From Raillietiella orientalis (Eukaryota), in contig JAYWIR010000017.1 of NCBI GenBank assembly GCA_036172245.1, positions 868,001 through 932,000 on the forward strand: a DNA stretch of 64,000 bases. The letters are read 5' to 3'. The notes under the pieces were generated by a model, which was not told the origin of the DNA, made no database searches, and worked only from the letters and a program-made list of their open reading frames with translations. The position numbers and the translations under genes were made by a program. Shown piece after piece: positions 37,263 to 49,400 of the stretch (positions within the stretch are counted from its first letter, which is position 1; the number at the start of each line of letters is the position of its first letter).

Positions 37263-37994
37263 GCCCGCGTTGGCGGCCGTGTGGCTGTGGTCTCCGGGCC
37301 TGGTACGAAGAGGGTTAGAATCCCATCCAGGGAAAGGATCGAAGCCAAGAAATGGGTGTGCCGTGTGCTGTGGGTTTGAACAGCATTTCTTTCATTCTGT
37401 CCCCCCGCCCCCGCAGGATGGCGCTGGTTGGACTGTAGGCTCCTGTGTGCGGCTCTGATGAAAACCAGAAACCGGATACCGCCGTTGACTTGACCCCGGG
37501 ATTGGAAGTAGACCCTTTGGGGAGTTTTCCGGAACCAAGCAGCCTCGGGACTCCCCTCTGGTGGTGAAAATGGAACTGCCCCTCTTCCCCTCGGGGAAGG
37601 ACCTTCCATCTCGTACCATAGAGCTGGTGGACGGATACCCCTCCAGAGTATGAAGGAGCGCGCTGCTCTCTTCGGGTAGCGCCCTTCAGAGAAATTGGGA
37701 AGCGTCTCTTCGTGGTTCTCTTCAGAGGAGGAAACGGGAAGCGGTTCTTCTCTCTGGATAAGAAAAATCCAAGAGTGGATCCTTTCCGAGCTCCTCCGTA
37801 GAGAACAAGGAAGAAGTTCCGTTCGGGGCTCCCTCCCAGGCATGATAACAGGCTCCTTTCTCCGGAGCGCTTTCTGGATTCATAGAATGGTCCCCTCCCT
37901 CAGCATCCCCTTTAACTCGAAGAGTCACGCACACCCTCGGGTGGCGTGCAGAGGTGTCAAAGAGCTTCGTGAGTTCCTAGGCGAACTGTTTTCG
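37263..37994 (+). mobile_element. SINE-like repeat, copy 3
   Basis: Head gcccgcgttggcggccgtgtgg (A-box-like) and ggttagaatcc (degenerate B-box). Body ccggaaccaag..cctcggg..ctctggtggtgaaaatgga..ggaccttccatctc..ttctcttcagaggaggaaa..ggtgtcaaagagc..ggcgaactgttttc matches copy 2. Confidence 0.8.
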
Positions 37995-38599
37995 AGTGCT
38001 TTGCGCAGATGGAACGGAGCAAAATGATTGAGATTCACGTCCGTCCCGCGACTGCTGCTTTCCCGCTGAGCTCCTCCGAAGTGCTGACAGCCAAGTCTGC
38101 TCCGGAAAATACTTGGAAATTGTCTACGGAGTCGCTTGCGAAGTTGCGAAGAGATGCTCAAGGGACGCCTTTCAATGGAGTCGCGATAGTAACTGTGCAT
38201 CAGCCGCATCGCTCCGCAGGAACTATAATCCGAACAAGAAGAACATAGTCAGTGTTTGACAACAATAATGGCTTGCTAAGGAGCAAAGAGGAAGTATCGT
38301 GGAGTCCGACTGTGCAGTGTCGCTGCTAAACACTGCTTAGCGTTGCCTTCGTTCCCGCTCATCTCTTTCATTCGAGATAGAAGAGGTCTGTCAAGACCGA
38401 ATGATACCACAACCGAAAATGAAGAAAAAAAGGCACACATTAAATTGAAGAGCTCAGCAGTGAGGTTGAGCCTCCGTCTGCATTTATGGGATGAGACTGT
38501 GGATAGAACGATGAGGCTGCGAGCTCAGCTGAAAGTGTGGTAGCATTTTCCAAAACTGAAGATGACCGGGGACAGTGCTGGCAATAACAGCTGAAGACT

Positions 38600-39500
38600 T
38601 AAGCGACTATCACAAGGGCGCTGCTGCTGTAGACGCAAATGACGCGTGCGCGAGGAAAATTCCCTTTCAAGCACTGAACCAGCTCTAAGTGGGTGCATCG
38701 GCGAAACAAGAAAAGCAGTCCACCCCAGTCGTTACAATCCCTCAAGACATGAAATGGGACTCTGTGATTGAGGATTTCTATAAGTTATCACAACGAGAAC
38801 TATTCAAAACTCCAGGTCATGTCGACAAAGATAAACGGACGCAAGCATCCCGATCGATGCACTGAGAATCCTTTACGTAGCTCTCTGTTATACAGTGATT
38901 GTCAGATCGATCCAGATGAGATCCTCACCATCACGAGTACCTACTTTCCAAGAAGTGTCCCTGGTCCCGGAATTATAGTCCAGAAGGTCCCCTTGACTTG
39001 TGCCATCAGGTTCTTCTAGCCACGCATACATTTAGGAAATGGTGTGTTTCCGATGCAGCAGCAGGTCACCATCCTCCCGAAACCAACAAGCTGATGTACG
39101 AAGTTTTTTTTTCGCTAGCCTCCAACTTCTGCCCTCGAGATCGCATCTTCCTGCTCTTCTCGGACAAATCACCTCCGTTTACATGTGGTCTCTTCACGCT
39201 CCAATATCGACGAAGCTTTTTCTATTCCCCTGAAAATCCTGCTTTGTCATTTTGCGGTGGAAGGAAGGATCGGAAATCTCTTCGGAGGACCTTATGGCCA
39301 TCCAAATAGAGAAAAAAGTTCATGTACTCAGCCTCTGATCATCTTTCGGATTGAAGATGGCAACACCACCTCTTGGAGGAATCGGCGAGATTATGAATGA
39401 ATCGATTTTTTTCTTCTTCTTCAAGGCAAGAATTCATGAATTGATGAATGAGAATTTCAAGCTCATCTCTTGGCTTCGACGATCTCAAACGTATCGATCG
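38600..39500 (+). pseudogene. Possible ankyrin + NERD-like remnant
   Basis: GAAAVDANDACARKIP (ankyrin-like, ~38620) and E*IDFFLLLQGKNS*I..E (NERD-like, ~39395-39460); broken frames. Confidence 0.22.
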
Positions 39501-42500
39501 TCAAGCACAAGGATGAATAATGAAAGTTTGGGAGACAGAGAGGACAGGAGAAAAGACAAGAGTTCATGGACAGGGCAGAGTAGTGAAATCGGAGGAATCA
39601 TGCTTCAGAGGGATGAGTGATGGAAAGAGAATAAAGGAAGGATGAGAAGCCAAAACCGCACTTTATGAAGACAAGGAAAGAGCACACGCAAGCAGATCCG
39701 AGGACAAGAGAAATGCGAGCTCTGAGAAGTGGAAGTGTCTGAGCACTGAACCACTGCACGAACGATTGCTGAAGTTTTTCCTTCTCTGCGCATAACCTGA
39801 AGGTAATCCGGGATCCTTAACTGCCGACGATTCAGACAGCGTGGCAGCAATTTTCCTTTGCCAGCATCTCGACCATCTTTTAGAACTGCATCTTTCACGA
39901 CAAAAGCTGGAAAGAGAGGCCCTGAGTGTCGGGTGAAGATTCGACATCAAGGAGGATGAAAGAAGCTCGAAATTCTGATAGCGCAGGGTGCAACGTATGC
40001 ATTCACAGCGATGCTCAAACCCTCATTATTGCTGATCCCCTAACTCAGTGCAGCCAGTAACTTGACTTTCATGGAGACTTCCATTGCAACCGAAGCCACC
40101 CTTTTTCGCTATCGGATGACTTCTCTGACATGCCGGCAAATGACATCTGGACTCGTCTGCATTCTGCTCAAGGGAAATGCCGGTGCGTACCATCCCCATC
40201 CTACACTACAGGGTCCGTCTTTCGCGGTCGCACCTCGCAGTACTTCCTTATAAGAACGAGCATTCAGAACGGTGCGGCCCAATCTCCATAGCTCCATGAC
40301 CACAGTAAGGTTTACAAACTAGATCCCGGAAAATCTCCGTGCTGCAGAGGCTCCAGCGTGGTCTATGGCACGCGGCTACTATTCCTTCCTTCTTTTCTTT
40401 AATAAGTGATGCATCTTATGCGCCTTTCCTCCAGCTTCCAGTACCCATTTGACACGACCGACTATCTCTAGCAGAAAGCACACAGCTAGAGCTCGGGCTT
40501 GTTTGTTGAATACGTTAGTCACACCCGCATTCCCCTCTCTCTTCCGCTCCTGCGAATGAACATCCTGAGTTTCCTGTGGAGCTCCAGGAACATGTGAATA
40601 CTGTGGTAATTCAGTTGTCGAGGAATAGATAAGTGCTGCCTTCCCACTTGATGCCTTTGCATCTAGAAGGCGGGCAAACGCCAGTCGGCTGCATCTTAGC
40701 GCTTCGGGAGTTTTTCATTTGTTGTCAAAGATCAAAGCCAGAATCCACACTGGCAGAGCGTCGGACGCCCAAAGGCGAAGGCAGTTGCCAGCAGAAAATA
40801 AGGTACATTGACTGACTAAAGGATGTCGCTTTCTCACCGAACAGTGCATTTTAAATGCGATCCCTTATCGACGTAAGAAGGTTGAAGGAATTGTGAACCA
40901 AACAGGTGATATGTCCTTATGCCGGTCTCGTTACCTAAGCTATCCTTATCAAAGAAGAATTCTTTTTTTTTTTTTAAGAGAAATTCATGGTGGCTTCTGA
41001 GATCGTCCTGTGCTCTTGCGCAAGGCTGAACCGGTTTAATAGTATTCCTTCATCTCTAGCAATTGCCTCCATAGTAATCCACTGTCGCATCATCAGCTAG
41101 AGAAGCACTTAAATTCAGTCAAATGGCATCACAGTTGGTGGAATTCGAGATATTTCTGATGCCTCTCATACAGCTGCCTTCGCTTATAGCAGTACGCATT
41201 TCATATCCGTTTTTCATGGATTCCAGCCTTCGCCGCAGCTCGTTTCCATGATGCTGTCACCAGCAAAGGCAATTCCAAGGAACGGATGTGGATTTTGCTG
41301 TACACAAATTTTCTGGGATGACCACATGGACTAACCCGACGAAAGGGTGTCCCAGTAATGGCCGCTGAAGATCAGAAACCTTTGGAAACTGATTGTTTGA
41401 GAAAAACAAAAATCCAAAACAGCTTAATGTGCACCTTGCTGCGTACAACGGTATTTAATGATTTCCCATTTTCCTTTTTTTTTATGTATTTTGTAGGCTC
41501 TTTACTTTTTGCCAGTGCATTATCTTTAGAAAGTGGTAACAACCATGGAAGAACGTTTTGTAGCTGCTATGTTAGCTTTCCGGCAGCTTTCCTGTCCCCT
41601 CTTGGAAAATTTGAAACCCCACGCTGGAGGTCCTTGCCAGTGGAATCAATTTGCAATGTGCTGAGAAGTTCACTTTCTGTTGCCCTTTACTTTCTGTAAA
41701 TGAAAGATCCAAGCTCAGATGATCTCTGAAGACAATAAGTAGGTTTCGCATTTCCATTCCTGAATGAATGATAAGGGAGCGTCGAACTGGAAACAGCTGG
41801 AAGAGCAAAATTGGTCATTCGATCACATACGCAGATTTGATCATTTGAGATGCGGGGATTATGGTCATGACATCAGGTCCGGATTCCAGAAATGAGCATT
41901 AGCCAAAGTCGAACCGATGGAAACACACTTGGAGCAGAAACTTCACTCCATTCGCACACTTTCCATTCCCGTTCTTGTGAAAGAGTGGGAGTTGGTCATT
42001 TCTCCTGTTGACAAATGTGTATCGGTCCCCGTTGGTTAAAAGCAGTTACACTGTGCCGATGCCGAGACTGACGAGTGAACGCCTCAATTAGCTAGTTGTG
42101 AGCGAGTGATGCCAAGCCCTCAACGGAAAACAAGTGCAAAACCACATTGCCATTTCTAGTGTATCCTCAACCAAAAAAAAAGTCATTTTTTGTGCACCCA
42201 GAAAATTCTTGCATGGGCTTCAATCAAGATGAGAAATTTCGTACCACAGAATAATTCCATAGTTTCGTGTTTGATACTGATTAATCACTACTGCATGTCC
42301 AGAGAAATCGTGAGCTCCTTCAATCATTCTCTGGAAGAAAGCACATGTTCAAATTGCACCCTCCGGGAACAATTCAGCTGGGCAGGCTGCTGCGCACTCG
42401 TGCTTTTTACCCCATCGAGAAATGAAAGGGACATTCTTTTTTTTATGAAAGAGGATTCCGCGGGTTCTCTGCTAACAAGCAAGGAATTGAGTGATCTCTG

Positions 42501-44159
42501 TGCAAGCGACACTTTCATTCATGTTTTGCCATTTCTTCGCACACTACCGTCCCAGTCTTTCGTTATTTATTCCTTCCCTTCATGCCAAATGAAATTCAGC
42601 ACGCTGTGTTATAGAAAAGCTCCTAGCCAAGCCCTTCAGTTTCTTAGTTTTCTCCCTTCAGTTGCCCAACCATCTGCGTGCCCAGAAATCTACCATCTTG
42701 TTTAGGCACGTTTGTTTCGAAGAGAATTAATTACAAAGCATTGGTCGTCCCTTCTTAATGTTGGGTGTGCATTCTTAAATACCGTGATCTTAAGCGAAAG
42801 GGTTTCCAGATTATAGAAACCCCTATATTACTGCGTGCATTTTATGTGAAAGGGAAGATACTTCCTTGTCAAAACCGGCTTACTTTTCCTTTTTTTAATC
42901 GAAAAAACCTCGTCCAATCTTGGTGAGCTGTCTCTTCTTTTTCTTGGAAGGTATTTTCGCGCGGAGACTCAGGACTTCCGCCAATAGTTTTCTACTAGAG
43001 AATCGTCCTTGAAAGAAGAAAACCAAAGTCATCCAGCTTGCATAGTTTGATTTTCAATGAATTGTCAGTATGCTCAAATGTTCCATCCTTACGTTTGATG
43101 ACTGAATCCTTTGAGCTTCTTCCTGATCAGAATCTTCATCCTCCGTTTCTCACGACCTCCTTGTAGCCAATGAGCAATACCTTTGAGCTCCTTGTACACC
43201 GTACACAAATTGGTCTCTCGTGGTGCAACTCCATCACCCTTGCTATATCTTCCTCTTTCAGATCAGTTAAGATCTACTGCCTCACTTCTCTCTCCTATGT
43301 GCGTGTCTTGACAACCACTGACCGCTCCTAAGCAACTGCTCCATCTAAAAAGCCAAGTTCTCAAGGTATCACATTCGGCGCTGCCAAAACAGTGCTGTGA
43401 AACCGATAACGACGAAAATTTCCTAACAGAACAAAGCAATTCTGTGTTGAGGGGGTTAGCAATTCGTGAAAATAGGGTGAGGAAATGTCACTCGACTGGA
43501 AAACTTCGGAGTTTTTTGTATCCGTTGGTTTACGTATCCTTGGCGAAAGCAAGTCGCGCGCATATACTTACGCTAGAAATCCTGTTTCAACAAGGGCAAA
43601 AGGAACCGCCTAGTCAGCGTGAGAAGGAGTGTAAGCAGGACGGAAAGATTTGGTGAGTGGAATGGAAACCTTTGTCCCAGATGCGTTTAAGGGATTAAAT
43701 CTCTTGGCTACCCGGAGTGCATCCACGGCTTTCTTTGGGGAAAAGAGATGTTTTAGAGCGCAGGTTTAAGAACAACAAACACACATTCAAGTACTGCTAC
43801 ATCACTTGGAAGGCACACAACTCGGTAGTCGAATTAAGGCAGAAATTGATTTCTAAGTAGCCTTCTCTTATGGAAACCGAAGCTCAAGAATTAGCTATGG
43901 TCAGTTGTTTTTGGGTGATCCCTTCATCTTTTGATAATAAAGAAAAACTAATATTCGTGAGTCTCTTCTGAAAAGAAATAGGCAAGGTGCTTGCTAGAAA
44001 GGACTAAAAGGGTCGAGTATTTTTTTTAGAAAAGCTATTCCTGACTATATACAAGCAACTCATATCAGACAGGGAGTCACTATTTGATTCTTGAAAGTCC
44101 TGCTCGTAGTAATCATTAGGAAGTTCAAAGAATAAAAAAACCTTCTCTAATTATTTACC

Positions 44160-45023
44160 TTGTAAAAAGCTATCGTATAAAAAATCATGCAAAGGAGCAG
44201 GCAGATATTTGCGCTCTTGAGTCCCACAGGGGTCTCAAGAAACGAGATTTCAAAGACCGAATAGATAGATTTCAGTGCACCAATAGCGACTCATCCTCCT
44301 GTTGTGAATCAGAACGGACTCGGAATAGAATCCTTGATAACAGTTTTGATATGGCTTGTTTCCATCATTTGCCATTTTCTCCTCCACCTTTTAATAATAA
44401 AACTCTGAGTCACTTGCTTCTTCAGGGAAGGCATCAATCGCTTTCCCAGCTTCACACAGCAATGCATGAAGAAAAATCTAAGTGAGAAAGAATGGTCAAA
44501 CCTCCAATTTTTTTCTCAAGATTGTCAAGAAAATTTACAGCATCCATAGATTAACAGAATCACGCTGTAGCGCGCTTCATATTCTCCATCGAAGGACACC
44601 ACTTATCATACATAAGGAAACATATGGAAAATGTCACTTATACTTAGTAGCAGATAAAGCCCAATACTCGATGAAGAATCCTCCTCAAAGCCATTTACGA
44701 CAAAGAAGCAAAAGACAGTTGTTCTGGAAACAAAACGCAATAAGCCAAGAGCATCGAGGTAAACTTCAGGAATCTGTTTTGCAGGGAATGCCGTAACAGA
44801 AGGTGGAATCTTGACTGTTAGCGATGTTGGGATCTTGATGATGTCATTGTGGCATTTCCTAGTGTGGAAAAAGTGAAGGACAAACCAGAGTTTGGTGCAA
44901 AAGAGAGTAAACAAATGCAAGAGATCAGAAGTCTGACCTGTGCACAGAGATCGCGCAATTCCTAGGAAACGATACACACAGAGAACTGTGTCATCCTCTG
45001 TTGAAAACTCCACTGAGGACAAG
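44160..45023 (-). pseudogene. Possible NERD-like nuclease exon remnant
   Basis: Bounded by a strong acceptor (tttttttttctttccag, ~45024) and a donor (aag/gtaaat, ~44158). Contains SESVLIHNR../*VAIGALKS at ~44268-44325 across a frameshift. Confidence 0.27.
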
Positions 45024-45964
45024 CTGGAAAGAAAAAAAAATTTAAAAAGACAAGAAATTATTGGTTTGATTTGCTAAAGAGACCATCAGAGGGAACAGTT
45101 AAATTAAACCTTCTTACCTTATGGAATTGATCTTCAGCTTCTAGTACCACATGTTAACCATCCCGAAAGCTCGGTGCAATCAGATGGATGACTTCTCGGT
45201 TGGATAACTGATGCTTTCTTAAGCTAGGATTTCGGAAGATCGTGATGAAAATCGGAATAAAAAAGTTCTTCTCTGGAATCAAGGAACCAAAAGAGCGTTT
45301 TTCCATCGAGATCCCACATTAGTCTGTGTTGCGATCCTATCGCACAACGGGAACTGCAGCAGTGGAAAGCCGCAAAAGCCGCATTCAGGCAAGTGAGACA
45401 GCATTGTGGAAAGACCAAATGACCGAGCAGTATGCTAACCTTCCAAGTGAAAGAATTTACTCGCATTGGAGAAAGAAAGATGCAAACAAGAACGAGGGGA
45501 GCTCAAGCTAAAAAAGTTCTGTCGCGAAATGCGACAGAATCCGCCAGACGTTCAGACTGTCTTGGCTGCTCTATCAGACTGATGTGGTAGAGCTTCATTT
45601 TTTTTTTTCCCATGCAAGTACAAGAGAATTTTCTTTGAGATGTAGGGATTCTTTCTGGCTGCTTTTAGATGAGACCTCTTAGTCATACAAGCCGGTGAGC
45701 ACTTGTGCAACGATGCAGATTGTCGCGTGTTACTGGAATGCAGTAGGTCAACGACTCGGTCATTCGGGACTGCACCCCCCAGATGCTTAAAGAAACTGGC
45801 ACCAGCACTTCGATTAGAATTGCTGAGTGTACGATGAAATTCGAATTAGGCAGTACATCAGACATTCCTCGCCAATGAAATGTATCTACAGAAAATAATA
45901 AGATGATTGCTGCTTCCATTAGCACATCCATTAATTACACACGATGAACACAAAGGGAGTGCAG

Positions 45965-46435
45965 CAACGGCGAATGAAAGTAGGCGAGGTCAATTCCTCT
46001 CTAAGCGAGGACGGAGGTTCCTATGCATTGCACCGAGTGCACACACCGCGAGGTGAGCGCGTGACATCTTTATCCATTTCAGAGAATGACCTCTCTCCCA
46101 CTCATCACGTGCCAAATACGGAGACGGAAGCACCAGCTGACTCTTCATGCGCGGACTGCCCGATCTTAGGAGATTGGCGTTCGGGGTACTGGGAAGGGCA
46201 GACCCTCCAGTGCTCTCTCCCAGGAGACGACATCGACGTTACCACGAATACTCCACGCCTCAAATGAGCTGCCACGTGGAGCGGGAGCTCTGAGCGCGAA
46301 GGTCGGCCGTTCGTGGCTGGCATCCGAGATCCCTTGGCTTTACGGGGTCTCCCAGTCAGCTGGAACTACGGACCCTTGTGGACACTCTCCACGGCTCAGG
46401 CAACTGCTCCAGAGAGCACCGCCTCCAGACAGGAA
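45965..46435 (+). repeat. Paralog of 5083-5440 joined to 5765-5815 (internal deletion relative to the 5-kb copy)
   Basis: Shared blocks such as gagattggcgttcgggg, ctctcccaggagac, ggagcgggagctct, ggcatccgag and acggctcag. Confidence 0.85.
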
Positions 46436-49400
46436 GGAGTGAGAAGCTTGAAGGATCTCTCTGAGAACAAGATTCTTTAAAACTCTTTCGGATAATTCAC
46501 TGATGGACCCCAGCTCAATCACTTGCCACCTGGTCCTAAGTGATTCCATTCCAGAGAATGTTCCTGTGGAGACATGTGGACTCCTTTCGTTCTTGACGAT
46601 CCAAGCAGTATATTTTTTGCAACCGGAAGCAGTCTGCAAGATGAACCGTCCAAGTGATGAATAGAATCGAGAACGGTCCTTAGGTTCATTTATTGCATAG
46701 TTCTTTCGCTAGGAAACGATCGACCAATTTCCAGAGAAATCATGAACAATCAAATCCACCAGAAGCATAATGCCGCTCCAGAGTAGGTAGAGATGGAACC
46801 AGTAGCAATAAAAGATGCACAGTAGGGTATTTCAGAGTCAGTGCCAATACCTTTCGATCCTTCCGCAATCCTGGTGGCACTCGACTGATGCGAGCATTCC
46901 CGTGGAACGACGAGGATACCCTCCTTGCGGACATTCGAACAAAAGCTCCGAAATCAAAAATTTCTCACTTCCGGCAACGTGAAACAAACCGTCCATCCTT
47001 GAAAGGTGAGATAAACGGCCGCCTCACGACCGGTGCCTTCCGACTTCCCTCGCAAAACTAACTCAAGTGTTTTTCTCGTTTCCATTCACTTCCCAGCTGA
47101 TACCCGCTGCAACGCATTTGTGCATCCGCCCTTCTCGACCTCAAATTGGCTAGAAATGAGGCAGCACTGAACGGGAAAGCTCTTGCAGCTCAGCACGAAG
47201 CACTCACCTCGAAAAGAATAGTCTGATTAACAGCATCCGTTGTTAGGGTTTATGCCAGGATTCAGTCCTCAAGATGTAGTTTCATGGGCTTAGGAAATTG
47301 GGCATGTTTCGTACACTGTATGCACATGCATAATTGCAACCATATACATATACGGTACAGGATGCAGTTACGTGTGAAACTGCATTAGCTATGCCAACAG
47401 CGATGTAACGATCGGAAAAAAAAAAAAAAATCTCTTTCCAGATTGAAATAAATAAACTGCTCTTTCCTCTTCTATAACGCCTCCAGGTGCTCCAGAAACG
47501 AAAGCGCTCTTGGTTGTTGAGAGTATTCTGTAAATGCTCTCACATTTGCGATGCATATGCTCTTTCAAAGCTCCTGTATGGATCAGCCGTGCAAAATGGG
47601 AGTCGTTTGTTTCTGAATCAAAAACTTTGTTGAATGGTCATGAACATCTACTTTTCTGGTGTGCTAACGAGCAGCTCTGGATACTACCGGAAGGTGGTCA
47701 TCATAACCACACGCATGCAGTAGGAAACTTAGGTCTGCCACCACCTTCCTCCTCAGTTCGTATGACGTCTTCGTGATGAGAAGCAGGATGCTGCATGGAA
47801 GGTGGGTCGAACCACCTTGTGCGCATGAGTGAAAGTCTACGAAGATACTCTCTAGTCAGCAGCGCGTAAAAATCCTGAAACTCATCCTAATCTCATTAAG
47901 TTTCTTTATAATCCATCGTCCTCTTGTGTTCCTCACACCAAGCAGCTTCCATTTTATGACAGCAAAATGGTCATGATGGTCAAGTCACCCAGTCACGCTG
48001 GGGAGTTTATTTCATCAAAGGAAACCAGTAGGGAACACGCTGGTTTTCAACCGAAGACAAAAAGAAGTTCAAGGGGAAGGTCCATCAATACGCAGGTCGT
48101 GAGATCTAAATATAGGGAACAGAAGGGAAAGAACAAAATAAGTAAAGGGAGGTTAGGGACAATGAACACCGGTCTCAGCCCTTCCTTTCTCCTAGAACTG
48201 GCTCTAGATTCCGGCGATCTCCGCCATAACTTCCCCTTCTAGGTGAGACCACCTTGCAGCCGCCCTCACGTAGGTAGTTCCGTCACGGAGACCTCCCTTT
48301 GCTGCGTCTGCGTCTGCAGGACATGGCGGGCCGTGATGATGGCGCGGAAGCAACATCTCATCTCGTCAGGCGCGAAGAGCGTCAGGCGGTGTCCTTCTTC
48401 TGGTGCAGGAGCACTGAAGCCAGCCCTCCGCCACAGTCCAAAGGCAGATGCGGGATGGACTCTATCGACCCACATCTAGTACGCTTTGGGGATGCTGTTC
48501 CCCCGGAAACGAAGTGCAGGCGCAGATTGCACTGGAATTCCAGGTGCAGAAAAAGCAGCACCAACTGTTTCCACATCAGCGGGAACATAGATGTGCCCAG
48601 GTATTGGGGAGGAACCACAATTCCTTCGGGATCGACACTTTGAAGTTCACTCCACCGAAGGAGTGCTTTTGCCGGAATGCACTTGCCGTTGGGGAAAATC
48701 ACCACTGCGGCAGGGTCGCCTTGCAGAGTCCATCGTCCGCGAAGGATGGCTGAGCAAGTGGTGCAGGGGGCAAAGTTCTTCCAGGCACATTCCCTGATAT
48801 GCAGCCCAAACCATAACCGCTTCCTTCCTAAGGCACTGTAGTTCTTCGGAAAATAGGATAGCCTTCCAGAAGAAAGGCGAGTTGCCTCAGGGAGAAGCCG
48901 AATCCCCGCATCCTGTACTGAAAGTGCGGCAGCAACGGGAGCAATCCTTGGTTGCTGGCGCATCTCCGAAGGATGGGGATAAAATCACAAGATTGAGAGT
49001 CCAAAAAACGAAATCTGCGGAGTCTTGCTTGGCACCTTCAGACTCTAAACCTCTTCTGACAGAGTGGAATCCGTACTGAGAGTGAGACTTAGGACTTCTA
49101 GCTGTTGACTGGAGTTTTTTATATGGCTGATGATATTTAATGGTCTTCGATTCAACTAGTGATCGCTCCCGACAAAGCGAGGCGGCAGGCTCAGCTGCCT
49201 GCAGCCAGCGGGCAACTGAAGACTCTTCTTTGGATGCTTCTATGCACATGTGACAGGTTCTTAAGATAGTTTCCATGAGGCGGTCCCTTGAAACAAAATG
49301 AGGATTCGACTTTGAGAAGGACCATGTCTCTGCAGAAAGCTTTCTTCGACTGCTCGCCATCAGAATCATCGCAGAAGGCATGCAAGGAGCACTGGAGTTA

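Noticed and set aside
37455..37480. Hammerhead-ribozyme-like core CTGATGA..GAAAC in SINE copy 3
   Set aside because: No stem II pairing, no convincing stems I/III, and the motif is not conserved in copies 1 and 2.
47320..47386. Pre-miRNA-like hairpin
   Set aside because: Imperfect purine-pyrimidine alternating sequence with competing folds; no recognisable miRNA.
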